Shown here: in pieces, positions 26,360-40,200 of the stretch | How positions within the stretch are numbered: the stretch's first letter is position 1 | Layout of the letters: each line of letters begins with the position of its first letter | Assembly: GCA_964252035.1 (NCBI GenBank) | Contig: OZ176203.1 | Reading direction: 5' to 3' (one strand) | Origin: Podarcis erhardii | Taxonomy: Eukaryota | Length of the DNA: 64,000 bases | Translations under genes and position numbers: made by a program | The notes under the pieces: generated by a model | Database searches by the model: none | Told to the model about the DNA's origin: nothing | Seen by the model: only the letters and a program-made list of their open reading frames with translations

Positions 26360-29300
26360 TTTAAGTATAAGGAATCCATTCCCATTTAGTTGAGTGGAAT
26401 CAGGATTTTGCTGTTTAAATCTTTTTGTTCTCTTGGGCTATGCAAATATAAAATTGTCCTTAGCAACCTAAGATTAAAATATGGTTCAGAGTCCTTTTTT
26501 TAAAAAAACCCAAAAAACATGATGATCTACAATTTCCAGTAAGCATTCCCTTTTCTTCTAAGCAACCCTTACATTGGAAATTCTTAATGATAAAAACAAT
26601 ATTCCCGGTGATTAAAATACACTTGTGATTATTTATGAAAGCACAAATAATTACCAGTGTTTCTTGCTAGAATTTCCAGGCTTAAAAAAGTATTTGGGTG
26701 AATGGATGTATTAAAAGCATGTGTATACATAAATAATACACAGTGTGTTAAAAGTTTGCCATGTCACTTAGGTCCTGTGTTTCCAATCCACAGAGCAATA
26801 AAATCTGCTGAAGAATGGGATCAGCTAATACTGTATGGAAGGTTATAAAGGAGTTTAGAGAAATGTGCCACTCACTTGGCTACCACACCCAAAAGCCATG
26901 TCTTCCACTGTCTGGTATGTTTGGGATACATCAGAAGGGGCCCTATGTATGCACTGACAAAATTCCATAGAGTTCCATAGGGGACATCCTGGTTGGTCTG
27001 GGTCCTGCACCCCTTGTAGAATGATAAGCTTCACGGAGATTATATAATTACTGAAGGGACCTTGCTGGACTCCCTCTAATCCAATGTTCTTCAATCTTGA
27101 ATCCCCAGATGTAGTTAGACTACGACTCCCAGGACGTACCATTTCTTGCATGTGGCTGAATTTCTCATTGGCACCATCTCTCCCTAATATACTTTTTCTC
27201 TGATCCATTTACTGCTGAAGACTCTTGGGAAGAATTACCATGCCTTCTCTCTTTTTACAATATATAATTATTTCCTTAAATAAAACAATGGGGAGTGGAA
27301 CCATTGGAATGAATGGCCTAACTTAGTAATAGTTATTAATTTCAATGTCTACTCTGAGTAAAACAGAGTTGAATACCAGCCCAAGGGGTGACTGTCCTAG
27401 AATGAAGCTCATAGGCCTACTGTGTATATTAGGGGAAACTGAGTGAAAAATTCATTTCAGATTCAACGCCAATTTTTCAAAGATTATGAGGAACATTGGG
27501 CCTGATTCAGTGAAGCCTCATCATGCACCTGGTCAGAATGGGGGTGGGGAAAGAGAAACCAACCCCATGCAAGCCTGACTTGTGAAAACTGTAGTATTTG
27601 TTAATCCATCTTTTGTCATTACTGTAGACAAGCACACCGACAAGAGGTGATGAAGTATTTTTCAATTTTCATTGCTGCATTAAGAGGAAAGGTGATTAAT
27701 TGCACAGAGGTCTTGGTGTGAGAGTCATTACTCAAAAAGGAAACACCCAGGAAGAAATCTATGACTGCATGAAAAAAGGGAGGGCGTCAACATGCAAGAG
27801 GTGCAGTCATCGGGCAAAATATTATACCTTTCCAAACTAGGCAAAGCCACAATAAGTGGTTGATTTAAAAAAATAAAACCTTTTGAAAAGAATTCAGAAA
27901 GTAACTGTATGTACATTGTGGTTACTTCCCAGACAATACTGTACATTACTAAAGAAAAGCTACTTCCTGAGGTTTAAGAAGGAGAACTCTTCAAGTTACG
28001 GAATGCAGACATACATCATGTCTGTAGAGATTGAGGTGGGGGGAGATCAAATGTAATATTTTCTTTCAACACAGACAACTGCTTTGAGATTTTCCACCCA
28101 GACAGCCTTGAAAACTGCCTGCAGCCTTTGCCAATTACTACTGACAAATACCACTTGGTCCTGAGTGATGTTTTAAGTGAAATAAAACAGTGAGGAAAAC
28201 TGAACATGATGAAAGGGCTCCTTCTCTTTTCTTTTCCCCCCCTTTCCTAAGAGGCGACTACAAGTTATATATTCACAAGGAAAGGTATATGCTTCCTATC
28301 CATGACAAATTCCATATGAAGTCAAGAGCCGAGGCAAACTTTGTTTGACAGTAAGAGGAAAGGAAGACTGAACTCATTTTCTTGACTTCTAAAACATATA
28401 TTCTTTTAATTTTAAACAAAGGAAGAGAAGCTAATACAGTACCCCTGTTCAACATCATTCTTCACAATATCAGTTCTCTAATGGGGTAAACTGATTCCTT
28501 ACTGTGTGTGCGTGTGTATAGGATACTTGCAGGATCTTTGCAATACAGACTCTCGATACTTTTAGCATTATAAAATGCTTTGAACACAACAAACCAGCAG
28601 CCATTTTAAGAGGCATAATCATCACGGGCAACTAAAATAAAGATACAGATATAGAAGTACAGCTCCCTTAAAGTGTACATGAACCTTTGTTTGACACCAG
28701 GAATGAGATGTCCTGTGCTTTATTCAAAATTTTAAACAAGCAGGAATTAGGGTTTCTTTGCCAAACTAAACAGCCACTATGCCTATCAACACTTGCTACT
28801 GCACCCATATCTTCAAATATACATCACTACTCATTTCTTTCTACTATTCCACTTTAGAATAGACTGTTCTAAACAAGAATAATACTTTATTCTATTCTCC
28901 CTCACACAAAAAGCACACCCCTTGGCCTGCTGCTCGCAGCTTTCATTACCAGGAAGGGGAATCAGATGACATCTGTCATTAACCCCAGTTTAGCTGATCC
29001 TTGGGCATGTAAAATACAAACCTCTGCTGGTCAATATAGCACAACCAATTGCTCCTAAATAGCAGCATAAGAAAACAAAACACATCCTGAACCTTGGGAA
29101 GATTCTGTGGACTAAACATGTTAACAAACAGGCATGGGTGTGCAAAACCACACACCACACATCCCTTGTATGAGGCACTTGTGGAAATCCACAGCAATAT
29201 GTTATTGTGAAGGTCAGTATTATAACTAACTGGGTATACAAGATCAATGGGTTATTGGTTTTCAAAGGTTATCAACATGTTGTCAATGGGAAGATCAGTG

Positions 29301-31109
29301 ATGGGAGACATGCTTCCCTGAGATAACTTACTTGCTGCTTCCAACCTGAAGGCAACAGTGGAGTTTTGTGTGCATGCTATATAGCAACGTCTCGAGTGAA
29401 CTCACTTCTCTCAGCAGTCACATACAAAATAACTTCCTCAATAAGTCAATGTGTAAAAGGTTTCCAGGTTGGTAAAGTATTTGAAAATTACTGATTACAG
29501 GTTGGAAGCAGCAAATTTACTTGTTTGTAAATAAAAGTCTTTATATACAGGCATCATCAAATATCTGCAATCAGCATGCAAAGTATTCAAGGGAAGCAGA
29601 GCTGAGGGGCTGTGTCTGCTCAACTGCCCAGGTTGATGGACAGTTGGATATGCCAGGATCTCTGTGGGATATGGGACATGTGGATTGACCCTGGACTGGA
29701 GACTTGACATGCTGACTTGCTGCCAGGTAGGCCAGGGGTTTGGGACAAGTGTGTATCAAGCAACAAAATTTAGGACTTAGATTTTTAAGAGCTGGAAGGC
29801 TCTTCTATCAAAACTTAACCCAGTGTATTTGGGTAACTGGAAATGTTGTCCAGTGAACAGGCACTTAAACTTTCTCACTCTTCCCAAACCTCAAAGAGCT
29901 ATTACGGTTGCATGCTGCAATTCCCTGCCAAGACCATTAATGGTCAATTTAACTGGACTCCACTGGAAGGAAGTGCAGGCCCCGGTGGTGAAAGCTATCA
30001 GGAATCACTATCATGTGCTTTATTGCAAATATTAAATAATGCCGTTAGGAAGGATTTGAACCTCCCGCTTTTAAGCAGTTGCCTGGTAGACTGATGGGCA
30101 TTATGGCAGAATTCATTTGAAGGGGGAGGATAAGTAGATAACCAGAAGGGCAGCCTTTTAAAGGTTGGTCATGAAGTTGAGAGCTCAGATCATCTCACAG
30201 TGAGCTTCAGATATATGTAACATTTTGTATGTCTTATCTGTGTTAAGCTTCATGTGATGTTTAACATTCCATGTTGTCTGGGGTCTGTTACTCCAGTTAT
30301 TTTACAATGAGCCCATATAAATAAATCCAATCTGACCTGACCAACCCCTAGTGTTGTCTACCTTGGGGGGACTTAATATGCTGTACGCGTATTAAAATGG
30401 GCAAACAATTCTCTTTGAAGAGGTTTCAGAAATACACTTTTGCCTTACTTTTTCTTGAATGGCAAAAGTCAGTGAAGAACTTCACTAGTGAAAGAACAAA
30501 TATATTTTCAAGCACTGTTCTTTTTAAAATAATAATAATAAACTTTCAGTAAAGGGTAGCTTCCACTGCAGTATACATGTGCCCTCTAGTGCACTGCTAT
30601 GTAAACAGCAGTGGTTTCTCAAAAATTATCTTGCCAACGCCTTCTGCATTTGTCTTGAGTTTAGCACATTGGTTCCTTTGCAAGCAAGTCATGTCTAAAG
30701 TACATTACTCCCCCCCCCCCCCAAAAAAATGCTGGGAACTGCAGTGTGTTAAAGGTGCTGAAAATTGTAGCTCTGTGATGAGTGAACAGAATTTTGGAGT
30801 GTTTGGTGTGCATGTGACCTAGGTGAAGGTCGACATGTCTTGCAATTACACCTTTTAAAAAGGTTTGTTTCTTATGGCTTGTGAGGAAGATGACACCATG
30901 ATTTAACCGTATTAAAAATATTACTGACATAGTAGCTAACAAACAAAACCAAGCTATTAGTAATAGTTTCTTCTGCACATTCAGTGGGCAAGATGCTTAT
31001 TCACTTTTGCAGTGCTTTTGCAACATAAGATGCTATGCACAATCTTCAGCAGCAGCGCTGAGGCTGGGACAGCAATTTGCTGAAAACCGGGGTCACTGTG
31101 GCTGAAGTT

Positions 31110-31233
31110 TAGAATCATAGAATGGTAGAGTTGGAAGGCACCACGAGGGTCATCTACTCCAACCGCTTGCAATGTAGGAATCTTTTGCCCAACATGGGGC
31201 TCAAACCCATGACCTTGAGATTTAAGAGTCCCA
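31110..31233 (-). mobile_element. tRNA-Lys-headed SINE with CR1-type tail (Squam2/AnolisSINE2-like), 5'-truncated
   Basis: Minus strand reads GACTCTTAAATCTCAAGGTCATGGGTTTGAGCCCCATGTTGGGC (tRNA-Lys 3' half-like), then CCTTCCAACTCTACCATTCTATGATTCTA (CR1 tail). Confidence 0.72.
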
Positions 31234-34159
31234 GTGTCGTGCTGATTCTGTGTATATATACAAGCAAAAAATATAAAACACCTCAAGGTATTTGATTTAC
31301 ATTTTTCACCATATACTGGAATCAGTAACAAGCTTCATCCAAAGGCCTTTAGTCAGTATCCCCAACCTACTAGGCCAGATCCAGAACAGACCCACCCTCA
31401 AGCGGTCTGAGCAGAGCCGTCTTTAGCCAGGGGTGCAGGGCACCTGGGCGCCAAATTCTGGGGGACACCAGGCGCCCGACACTGAAGCCGCCTAAGCTCT
31501 TAACTATCTACCTGTTATGAAATAATAAATAATTTTGATCAAGCTAGAAAAACAAAATACATATATACCTAGGTATTACTGAAATGTATACCTACTGTTT
31601 CACTAAAGGACTTTTGACTTTGTGTGGTCATTTACCAAAGACGCACCATGCCAGTGGCGGTGCTTGTCATTCACAACAGCGGCGCTTGTCAGACTTGGGC
31701 AGATCTTTGCACCCCGGTGGTGCATATGGTAAAGACTCCCCTGGGGGTGAGGGGGCCATTTTTCACAGGTAGGCGGTCACTCAGCTGTTGTCATATGTCT
31801 CAAAGGAAATGCACTCCAAGTGCTCTGCCGATTCCTCCATTCTAGCCCGTTAAATTAACCTTGTTCTACTTTCCCTGTCAAAAGCAACGCTTGTGTGAGG
31901 GGATAAACCACTCTCAGCTCAATCTCAGCAGTTGTATTTGGGGCCAAATTTAGAAGGTGCAGACTGCAAGTTCTGCTTACAGAGGGACAAGTGGATGCAC
32001 AGTGTAAGATTCCCAACTGTTCCTCTGCAGCCACAGCTGTACCTGCCCCACATACGGCATCAGGTGAGAGGCAAGTGAGCAGGGTTGGGGGGGGGGAACC
32101 CCGGCAAGCCTAATTAGTCCCGCTGGCAAGAAACAACATCATTAAAAGGCCCCAGACCCTGGGCCACTGGCAAGGGACAGGTTTCTTTGCCCTACAAAGG
32201 AAGATTCATTCTACATTCTGGTCAGAGACAGACTTGCATTGACCCAATGTCAGCCGAGCAGATAGCAGAGCACTGTCTCCTGCTGTATTAGACTTTTGCC
32301 TGGAATCATTCAGCCTCTGTTCTGATCCTGTCTTGTTTCTTCAGCCACACAGTCCAACTTTAAGGAGAGTCTAGACAAACAAACTTCACAGCTTAATTGT
32401 TTCGGCTGACTTTTGCATTCATCTCTCCGCACCACCAACATTACCCACCCACCCCACCTACAGCATGCCTTTCAGAATTCCAATATGGCCAGCACCCTTA
32501 AGCAACAAATAAGGACAAGGATTAAATTCATGCTGTGACAATAAAATTCAGCCCACAAAGTACATTTAAACTGCTTTTATGCTTATCAAACTATCTTTAA
32601 GGTTCTCCTGGCTGCACATTTCAACCATAAAATGCTAGGAATTTGTGTGTGCTATTAGCACAAAAGCAAAAATAGCCCCAGGTGGATGTGAAGCACAGCC
32701 TATGTTTACAGTCCCTGTAACAAGTCCAGCCTGCGTTTAGTTTGCAATTAAAGCAAGCTAGGCATGTTTCACTTTGCAGCAGGGCTAACCTTTTCTTCCA
32801 TTCTCCCCGTTTATCATCTCCATCTACACTCATAGATGCACCATGCTGCAAATTGCTTCATATAATTCATGCTGTAAAAAAAAAAGTCCCTTTCTTCTAA
32901 CGTGGCTTCATATTTCTAAGGAATATTTCACTTCTAAGAACAGTGAATCCTTAAAGACATCACTTACTGATCTTTTCCCCTTAGTGAGTGTCATCTTTTG
33001 ACATTTCATTCATAATGTACTTAAAAGCTTTAATTAACAGAGTTTGAAAGTTGATACTATCTTATCTTTTCCTGAATAGACAGGTCTAAAAGCACTAACG
33101 CAAGATGAATGATTCCCACATTTTATAGCTGAAGCTGGGAAACTAAAAACCATTCTAATGATAGCTGTAAAATGATATCAAGGGAGCTTCTGAGATCACC
33201 ACCCTCCCCCTTTCTTCATGAGTACCTGACTAGTAATAACCAGCAGGGGAAATAAAACACGGTGCCTTCCATTGTAGAAGGTATATACTCAGGGTAGAAG
33301 GTATATACTCTTTCCTGTAACTATATTATAGCTAACACAATTGTTTCGCTGTTAAATTTAAATAATGCGCTAAAGTCAAATGTAACAGCGTCGCACGACG
33401 TGTCAGTCCTCTTGGCATTTAAAAAATATGTAGTTGCGAAAAAAATGCTAAGTACCAGAAAAATACTTAGCTATGCAATGTGCAAGCTGCTTCATGATCT
33501 CTTCCAGGATAAATAATGCTAAAAAGAGTAAAATCTGTCTTTGCTGGGGGGGGGGGGGTTGTTAAGCCTTATAAACAGATGGAGAAAAGTCAGGTTACTA
33601 AGCAGCTCTGATGAATTCCTCAGACACAGTCAACACACAGACTGCGTAAAAGGAAAATTGCCATATTGTTAATGATGCCTTGCTCTCAAAACTAACAATT
33701 CAACCTTGTTCATGGGGATCCTAACACAAATTCTGAAATTCACCCTCCCACACGAATTCAGGAGTTTTGCTCATCTTCCAAGTCCCTTCTTGCTGTCTTG
33801 CTTCTGATGGAGGTTTGGCTGGTGGGGATAAAAAGGCCTCTTTTTATCATGGTCTCCCCACAGGCAGGTGCAGCTGACCCCTACCCTATTGTCCACTTTT
33901 AAAACTGTCTTTTTCCTCCCCACCCCCACCACCATTAATGGTAACTCTTAGGATTAACTCTTATGGGTTTGTATTTTCCCCCTCCCCCAATCTCTCTTCT
34001 ATTTTATTAAGCTCCCTTCAGTGGCTTTTAAATTATTTTACTGTGGTACTGTTCTACTCAAATTGTTGCAAGCCGCCTTGTGTCTGCTTTGCAAAGAAAA
34101 TGGGGGATACTAAGTTTTATAATTTAAGTAAATAAATAAGCAAGCTGGTGGCTTTTGCC

Positions 34160-34610
34160 AATAAATAAATAATTTATTATTTATACCCAGTCCATCTGGC
34201 TGAGTAGCCCCAGTCACACCGGGCAGCTTTCAACACATATAAAAACATAATAAAATATCAAACATTAAAAAACCTCCTGATACAGGGCTGCCTTCAGATG
34301 TCTTCTAAGAGTTGCAGTGTTATTTATCTCCTTGACATCTGATGGGAGGGCGTTCCACAGAGCAGGCTACTGAGAAGGCCCTCTGACTGGTTCCCTGTAA
34401 CCTCACTTCTCGCAGTGAGGGAACCGCCAGAAGGCCCTCAGAGCTCGATCTCTATGTCCAGGCTGAACAATGTGGGTAGAGATGCTCCTTCAGGTATACA
34501 GGGTCAAGGCTGTTTAGGGTTTTAATGGTCAGCACCAATACTTTGAATTGTGCTCAGAAACATACTGGGAGCCAGTACAGATCCTTTAGGACTGGTGTTA
34601 TATGGCCCAC
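34160..34610 (-). mobile_element. L2 LINE 3' fragment just downstream of the SETD4 stop, same strand as SETD4
   Basis: Minus strand ends …CAGCCAGATGGACTGGGTATAAATAATAAATT, the same tail type as the plus-strand copy at about 47660-47720. Confidence 0.75.
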
Positions 34611-34657
34611 TTCACACCAGGTATTCTATTCTGTGATGCAACTCTGTTCCAAGGAGG

Positions 34658-34792
34658 TCAGATTGTGGTGGAATGTGAATGCTGAAGAATCTCTGCTGAC
34701 ATTTGCAAGATCTTTAGGTCTTCTGTACGCAACGCCTCAACCAAAGTTAGCTGGCTTGCAAGATGATGGCGATCACTTTTTAACAGAGAAAT
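34658..34792 (-). CDS. SETD4: SETD4 terminal coding exon (ISLLKSDRHHLASQLTLVEALRTEDLKILQMSAEILQHSHSTTI*)
   Basis: CTTTTCACTTTTCAG| acceptor; QLTLVE.L.TE.LKIL motif; TGA at 34660-34658. Confidence 0.93.
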   Translation of the reverse strand: MSLLKSDRHHLASQLTLVEALRTEDLKILQMSAEILQHSHSTTI

Positions 34793-37215
34793 CTGAAAAG
34801 TGAAAAGGTAAAAAGATCATTAATAAAATCCTACTGGACAGAGAGGCACAGTTTAAGTTTCCCCACCTATTTGTGATGGAGTGCAGAGAACCAATATTCA
34901 TGGCTCCTGCACAATTATGCAATTGTCCACTGAAAACTATAATAGCCAAGATACAGATCATAGATTTAGAATAACATTCTTGATGGAAATCCATTAGCTA
35001 GAGGTATGGTGGGCTCTCCCTTGCTGGAAGTGTACGAGCAGATGGATTTCTTGCATCAATGAGGAGGAACATCTACATTGCCAAGAAGAAGGCCCCATGC
35101 AACTTCATTATTATTATTTGCATTTCCTTATCACTTACTACAAAAATGTCTCAAAGTGCTTAGGATTATAGAAGCACACATAGCACTAAATTATATACAT
35201 ACATACATATTTATATATGAACTTTAATTAAAATAATTATATTATACTGTTTTCTATACAAACTGAACCATCTTCATTTCTGAGTGTTAAGCTGGTATGA
35301 CAGAAATCAGTGTGCGGGATTTTCAGTCTTTTGGGGATCCTATTGCTCTTAAATGCAAGTAGGAAAGGGGTTTTTTCCCCCATGTGAGTTTCACCTCCAG
35401 CCCTTGTGTTACAGCAGGCTAATTCATTCAAACAGATACCTTCTTAAGGGCATGCTGGGTCTCCTCTGTCAATGACATACATATTTTTGTTGCGAGATCC
35501 AAACTCTTCTTTTCATTCCTCTTTGAAACTACATCACCAAGCAACACTTTCTTCCAGGAAGTACTACAGTCAATAAATGTAAACACATTTTAGATATTTT
35601 GCTTCTGATCCAGCCATCAGACAGCTAAACAAAGTCGAACAATGGCATTCAAGAAATGCAACTTTTGCATTAGCGGCCATTTTCAGCAAACATTTGCTAC
35701 TTACAATTGGTCTGCTTCCAGACATAGCAGCTTGAGAGCCGTAAGAAGTCTCCAAGATGGCCCATCCCAGTCAAACGTCAGATTACTAGAGATGAAAATA
35801 ACAAATCATTTTTAAAAGAATCTATATCCAACATATTTTATAATAGCAGCCTCGTACCCAAAACCACTTGGGAATTCTAAGCAATAATAAAAACTTTGTG
35901 CCGTTTTGAAAAGTTCAGTCCAGCCTCTTGATTCAAAATAGCAGCATCCAATTGTACCCTAACTTGGAGGAAAACCTGCTCCTTATCCACATGCAAAATA
36001 TGATTATGGTATGTCCAGAGTGAACAGACAACTTTCCAAAATATGTAGTACATACTGCATACATACAGTGGTACCTCGAGTTAAGTACTTAATTCGTTCT
36101 GGAAGTCCGTACTTAACCTGAAACTGTTCTTAACCTGAAGCACCACTTTAGCTAATGGGGCCTCCTGCTGCTGCCGTGCCACCGGAGCACGATTTCTGTT
36201 CTCATCCTGAAGCAAAGTTCTTAACCTGAAGCACTATTTCTGGGTTAGCGGAGTCTGTAACCTGAAGTGTATGTAACCCGAGGTACCACTGTACTGTATA
36301 TGACACACACATTTATTAATATTAGTAGAATTTATAAAAGGATTTTTTTACTTGATTATATTTTATCCACTTTTTGTCTAAGGTTTAAGCATGGGAGGCA
36401 CCCACTGATCAAAACATCCTAACCTATCTTCTTTGTTGACCTGAAGTTATAAACTAAAATCACAGGAGGGAGGCTATTGCGTCCCCAGATGCATATGTAT
36501 ACTTAACTCTAAAAGGTTGTTTTCTTGTAAAATTGAAAGTTTCGTATGCCTCTGCTTATCTTCTGGAAGGATATATTTGAGTAAGGTTTCTGAAGGAAAA
36601 AAATGTTTAAAGCAAACAAGTTATGAGAGTTACGGTAACGAAGAAGCCTTTTGTGTGTCTCTAGCACTATTAACTATTAGCATTTCTGCTGAAAATATTT
36701 TAAGAAACAAAGCCAAGAACACATTTGCTCTCACTTGTGGCTGGGTGCTCACATAATTTTAGCATGACTGTCTGACTTCACTGGCGTAGGGGGAATCTAG
36801 AAACACACATGTGCTGTGGTTGCTCGACTAGAGGAGGAAAAGCAGGTTTTCCTTTCCCCAAGAATGGTCATGTCCACACCATACATTTAAAGCACTCTTA
36901 CAAGTCACTTTAACCATTAGGACATTCCTACAAAGAATCCTGGGAGCTGTAGTTTGTTAAAGGTGATGAACAGTGTATTTCTGTGGCAAGCAAACTACAG
37001 TTCCCAGGATTATTTTGAGAAATCCATGACTATTATAAAGAGCCATTTAATGTATGGTGTGGATGTGATCAGTGGGAGGGAGAAGGAAATTGTGTGTGTG
37101 TATATGCTTGCTTAAAATGAATGTATTTTGATGGAATAGAATATGATCATTTTGTGGAGGGTTTGGCAGGTGTACTTTAAGTTGCCTTGTCTCTGAGACT
37201 AAAAGCCTTCCCTAT

Positions 37216-37287
<72 letters not shown>

Positions 37288-40200
37288 ATGAAATGACTGA
37301 GATACCATTCCATCAGAAAAATTTCAAAGAGATTTGCATAAAGCAATGTTTAAGAAAATACTGATAAAATCAAACTTTAAACTCAAGTAGACATAAATAA
37401 AATTTATCAGCTGAAGATACAATCTACGCTTTAAAAACAAACATGCACAATAAAATTAAGTGTCTGAGTATGCTTGCCTCCCCCTGCAAAAAAAACCCCC
37501 TATATAAAACAAGTGGCTTCAGCCTAGATGTGGAGAGTTGGAAATGAAAAAACCAAAACAAAATGCAAAACCCTAGAAAAGAAAAACCAAGGAAAACCAA
37601 AAACAAGCTGGCTATTTAAAAGCACAATAAAAAGGTGGGGAATCTGCCTACGGCTTAGATTTTCCCTGCCAGCCCTAACCAGGTTGTTATTATTTAATTG
37701 ATTTACAATCCAAGTTGAAGCAACAACATTAGCTGCAAAATGTAATAGCTGACCGCAAAGAGCACACTGCACACAAATACCAAAGGATTAAACAGAGTGT
37801 AAAAACCAGCAGCTAAAACTTAAAGGACAAACAGATGCCGAGTGGCAGAAAGCTGAGTTTTCTCAACCAATTCCATAGCTAAGCCAAGATGACCATTAGG
37901 ACTAACAGCAGAGTGCTAGGATAATGTGTGTACCAGGATAATGTCAGCTCTCAACAGCAAAGGATGATGGCATCCCCTTCAGTGATCAAAATTCGCCTGG
38001 CACATTTTGTACCTGGCTATTGGCCACTTGCGACCAAGTGAAGATGGCTGGGCACCAGGATGGTGCCTGACATCTCCATCATCTGGAGGTGCATGCCTGA
38101 GGATCCTTGGATCAGTTTTCACACACTAGCAACACATCCTGTGTAATTCTGTTATATTTCATTGGCACAATTAGAATGAATTTCAGGAACAAAAAAGTTG
38201 TATTGAAAAATATGGCTTTTGAGGCATCTGGCCCAACAATGGCAACTTGGCATTCCATTTTGGCGACTAACCCTGGTTTAAGGAGCCATTTGGCACCTAA
38301 CTTTTATGTACGAGTTTCTAACTCTGACCTCCATCATTCCCAGAGTTATAAGCCAGAGGTGGGCAGGCTTTGGGAAGATGTGATACTGCCACTAATAGCT
38401 ACAAGTAAAGGACAACCTCACTGTGGTCTTATCATTATTCTGCTACACAATGCATTGCCATGGTTGCTTTTCAAAGAGAGCCCTGCCCAAGACTTGCAAG
38501 ATGAACTGAAGTCAGGCAGCTACAGTGCAAAGCTAGCTGCAAGTGGTAGCTGGAACCCTTAAAAAATGGTAGTGGAATGATAAGCTCCGCCCACTGAGTG
38601 GCAGGTTGGCCCTGTCCTAAGCCTCCAGTAAAACTGCATCACCCATCAATGTCAAGATCAAATCTCAAATTTACCTGTCCCAACATGCACACTGCTGTGT
38701 GGATTAGAGTTCGCAACAAAACCATATTCGAGAAGCAGGCGCTGATTATCATGTGGGCCATAACAAATAAATACTTCTTTGTATTTCTGACAGCCTGAAA
38801 GTGTTCTTATTTCATAACACTTTGTCTTCTCATTAAATGCAGCTTTCACCTTGGAGGAGGAGGAGGGAGGAGAGAATAAGGCAGTTTTATCTGAAAAGAA
38901 AGTTCATGAGAACAGACCAAGCCTAAAATGTTTTAAGCTATTTGTGAACCACTCTTCTTCCCAACACCAAGGACAACAGAGAATACGAACGTGTGGAAAT
39001 GGCAAATTTAAATGCCAGTGCTGGAGGAAATGTTGAATGTTTGGTGTCCAACTCTTGATTGTGTGCCGCAAACGGCACCTTCACATCTTACTCACTTGGA
39101 GCGTCCCTGTGTGGTGCAAGGGAATTAGGACCGCAGCTCCTGGCCCATGCATTGAACATGGAGGTCTACAAAAACACAGCTATGTGAGAACTCCTGCATA
39201 GGAACTCCATACGATCACAACCACCACCACCCCAATACGCACACCATTTTGAGGATAAGCAGCTGTTCATGCAAAGGTGTATTTTTGCCAACACTAACAC
39301 ACAACATGTGTGTCCAAGGAGTTGGTAAGTTGTCTGCCCTGGTTGCGCATTCCCTGAAGGAGCAGGTGCAGAGTTTGGGGTGCTCCTAGGTCCAGCTGGG
39401 TCACTAGAGGCACAGGCATCCTCAATGGTTGGGTGTGCCTTTCCTACTAACTTCTATTGGCAAGACAGCTGCAGCTGTTACTGGGTCAGGTTAGCCCAAC
39501 CACAATTGTCCATGCATTTGTAACCTCATGGTTGGTTTGTGCTCCATGTGCCCTTGGGGTTGGTCTGGGGGCTGCAGCTGGTGCAGAACACAACTTCTAG
39601 AACCCCCAAGTGATGGTCAAGAGGGGCCTGGGGCAGATAGGAATTGTAGCTCGAAACAAGTGAAGTGCACCAGGTTGGGGAAGGTTGATCTACTTCATAG
39701 TCAAAGCAGAACATTAAACACAATGAGCCTTCCAACAACTAAAGTACTATAGTCAGCAGAACGACGGATGGCCCCTTTTGCCTTTTACCTGGGCTCTGGC
39801 AGAACACATGGATTAATTTGGGAAAGTATTAAAAGTGGATTTTTTTTGCGCAGAACACAGGGAGGAGTAATGAAAGAAGGGTACCATGAAAGAAGGCATG
39901 GCTGGCTGGAACCGTTCACACTGCACAGTTCAGTTCCTACTGTTCATGCCAATTTCCCACCCTCATATTCTAGAAACCTGGCTTCAATTAGCTTACCTGG
40001 ACAGCTGGATTGTGATTTAGCAGATCCAAGTAAGGAGCCAAGGCATATGTATTTGACTCCCTAGAGAAACAGTCCTCCTGAGAATGTTTCATATACACTG
40101 TCCTGGTATTAACGGTGCACCAAGCCCACCGAAAGGCACTATAGTTAAAGACAGATGCTATGTCTTCAGAAAACAGAGGCTGTAAGGAGAAGAAAAATGG

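Noticed and set aside
31322-31340. TCAGTAACAAGCTTCATCC resembles mature miR-802, which from memory lies in the mammalian RUNX1-SETD4 interval
   Set aside because: No complementary 3p arm or hairpin in the flanks; treated as a chance match. A miRBase/MirGeneDB hairpin alignment would settle it.
38107-38562. 151-aa ORF antisense to SETD4 intron
   Set aside because: No homology recognised; intronic and antisense.
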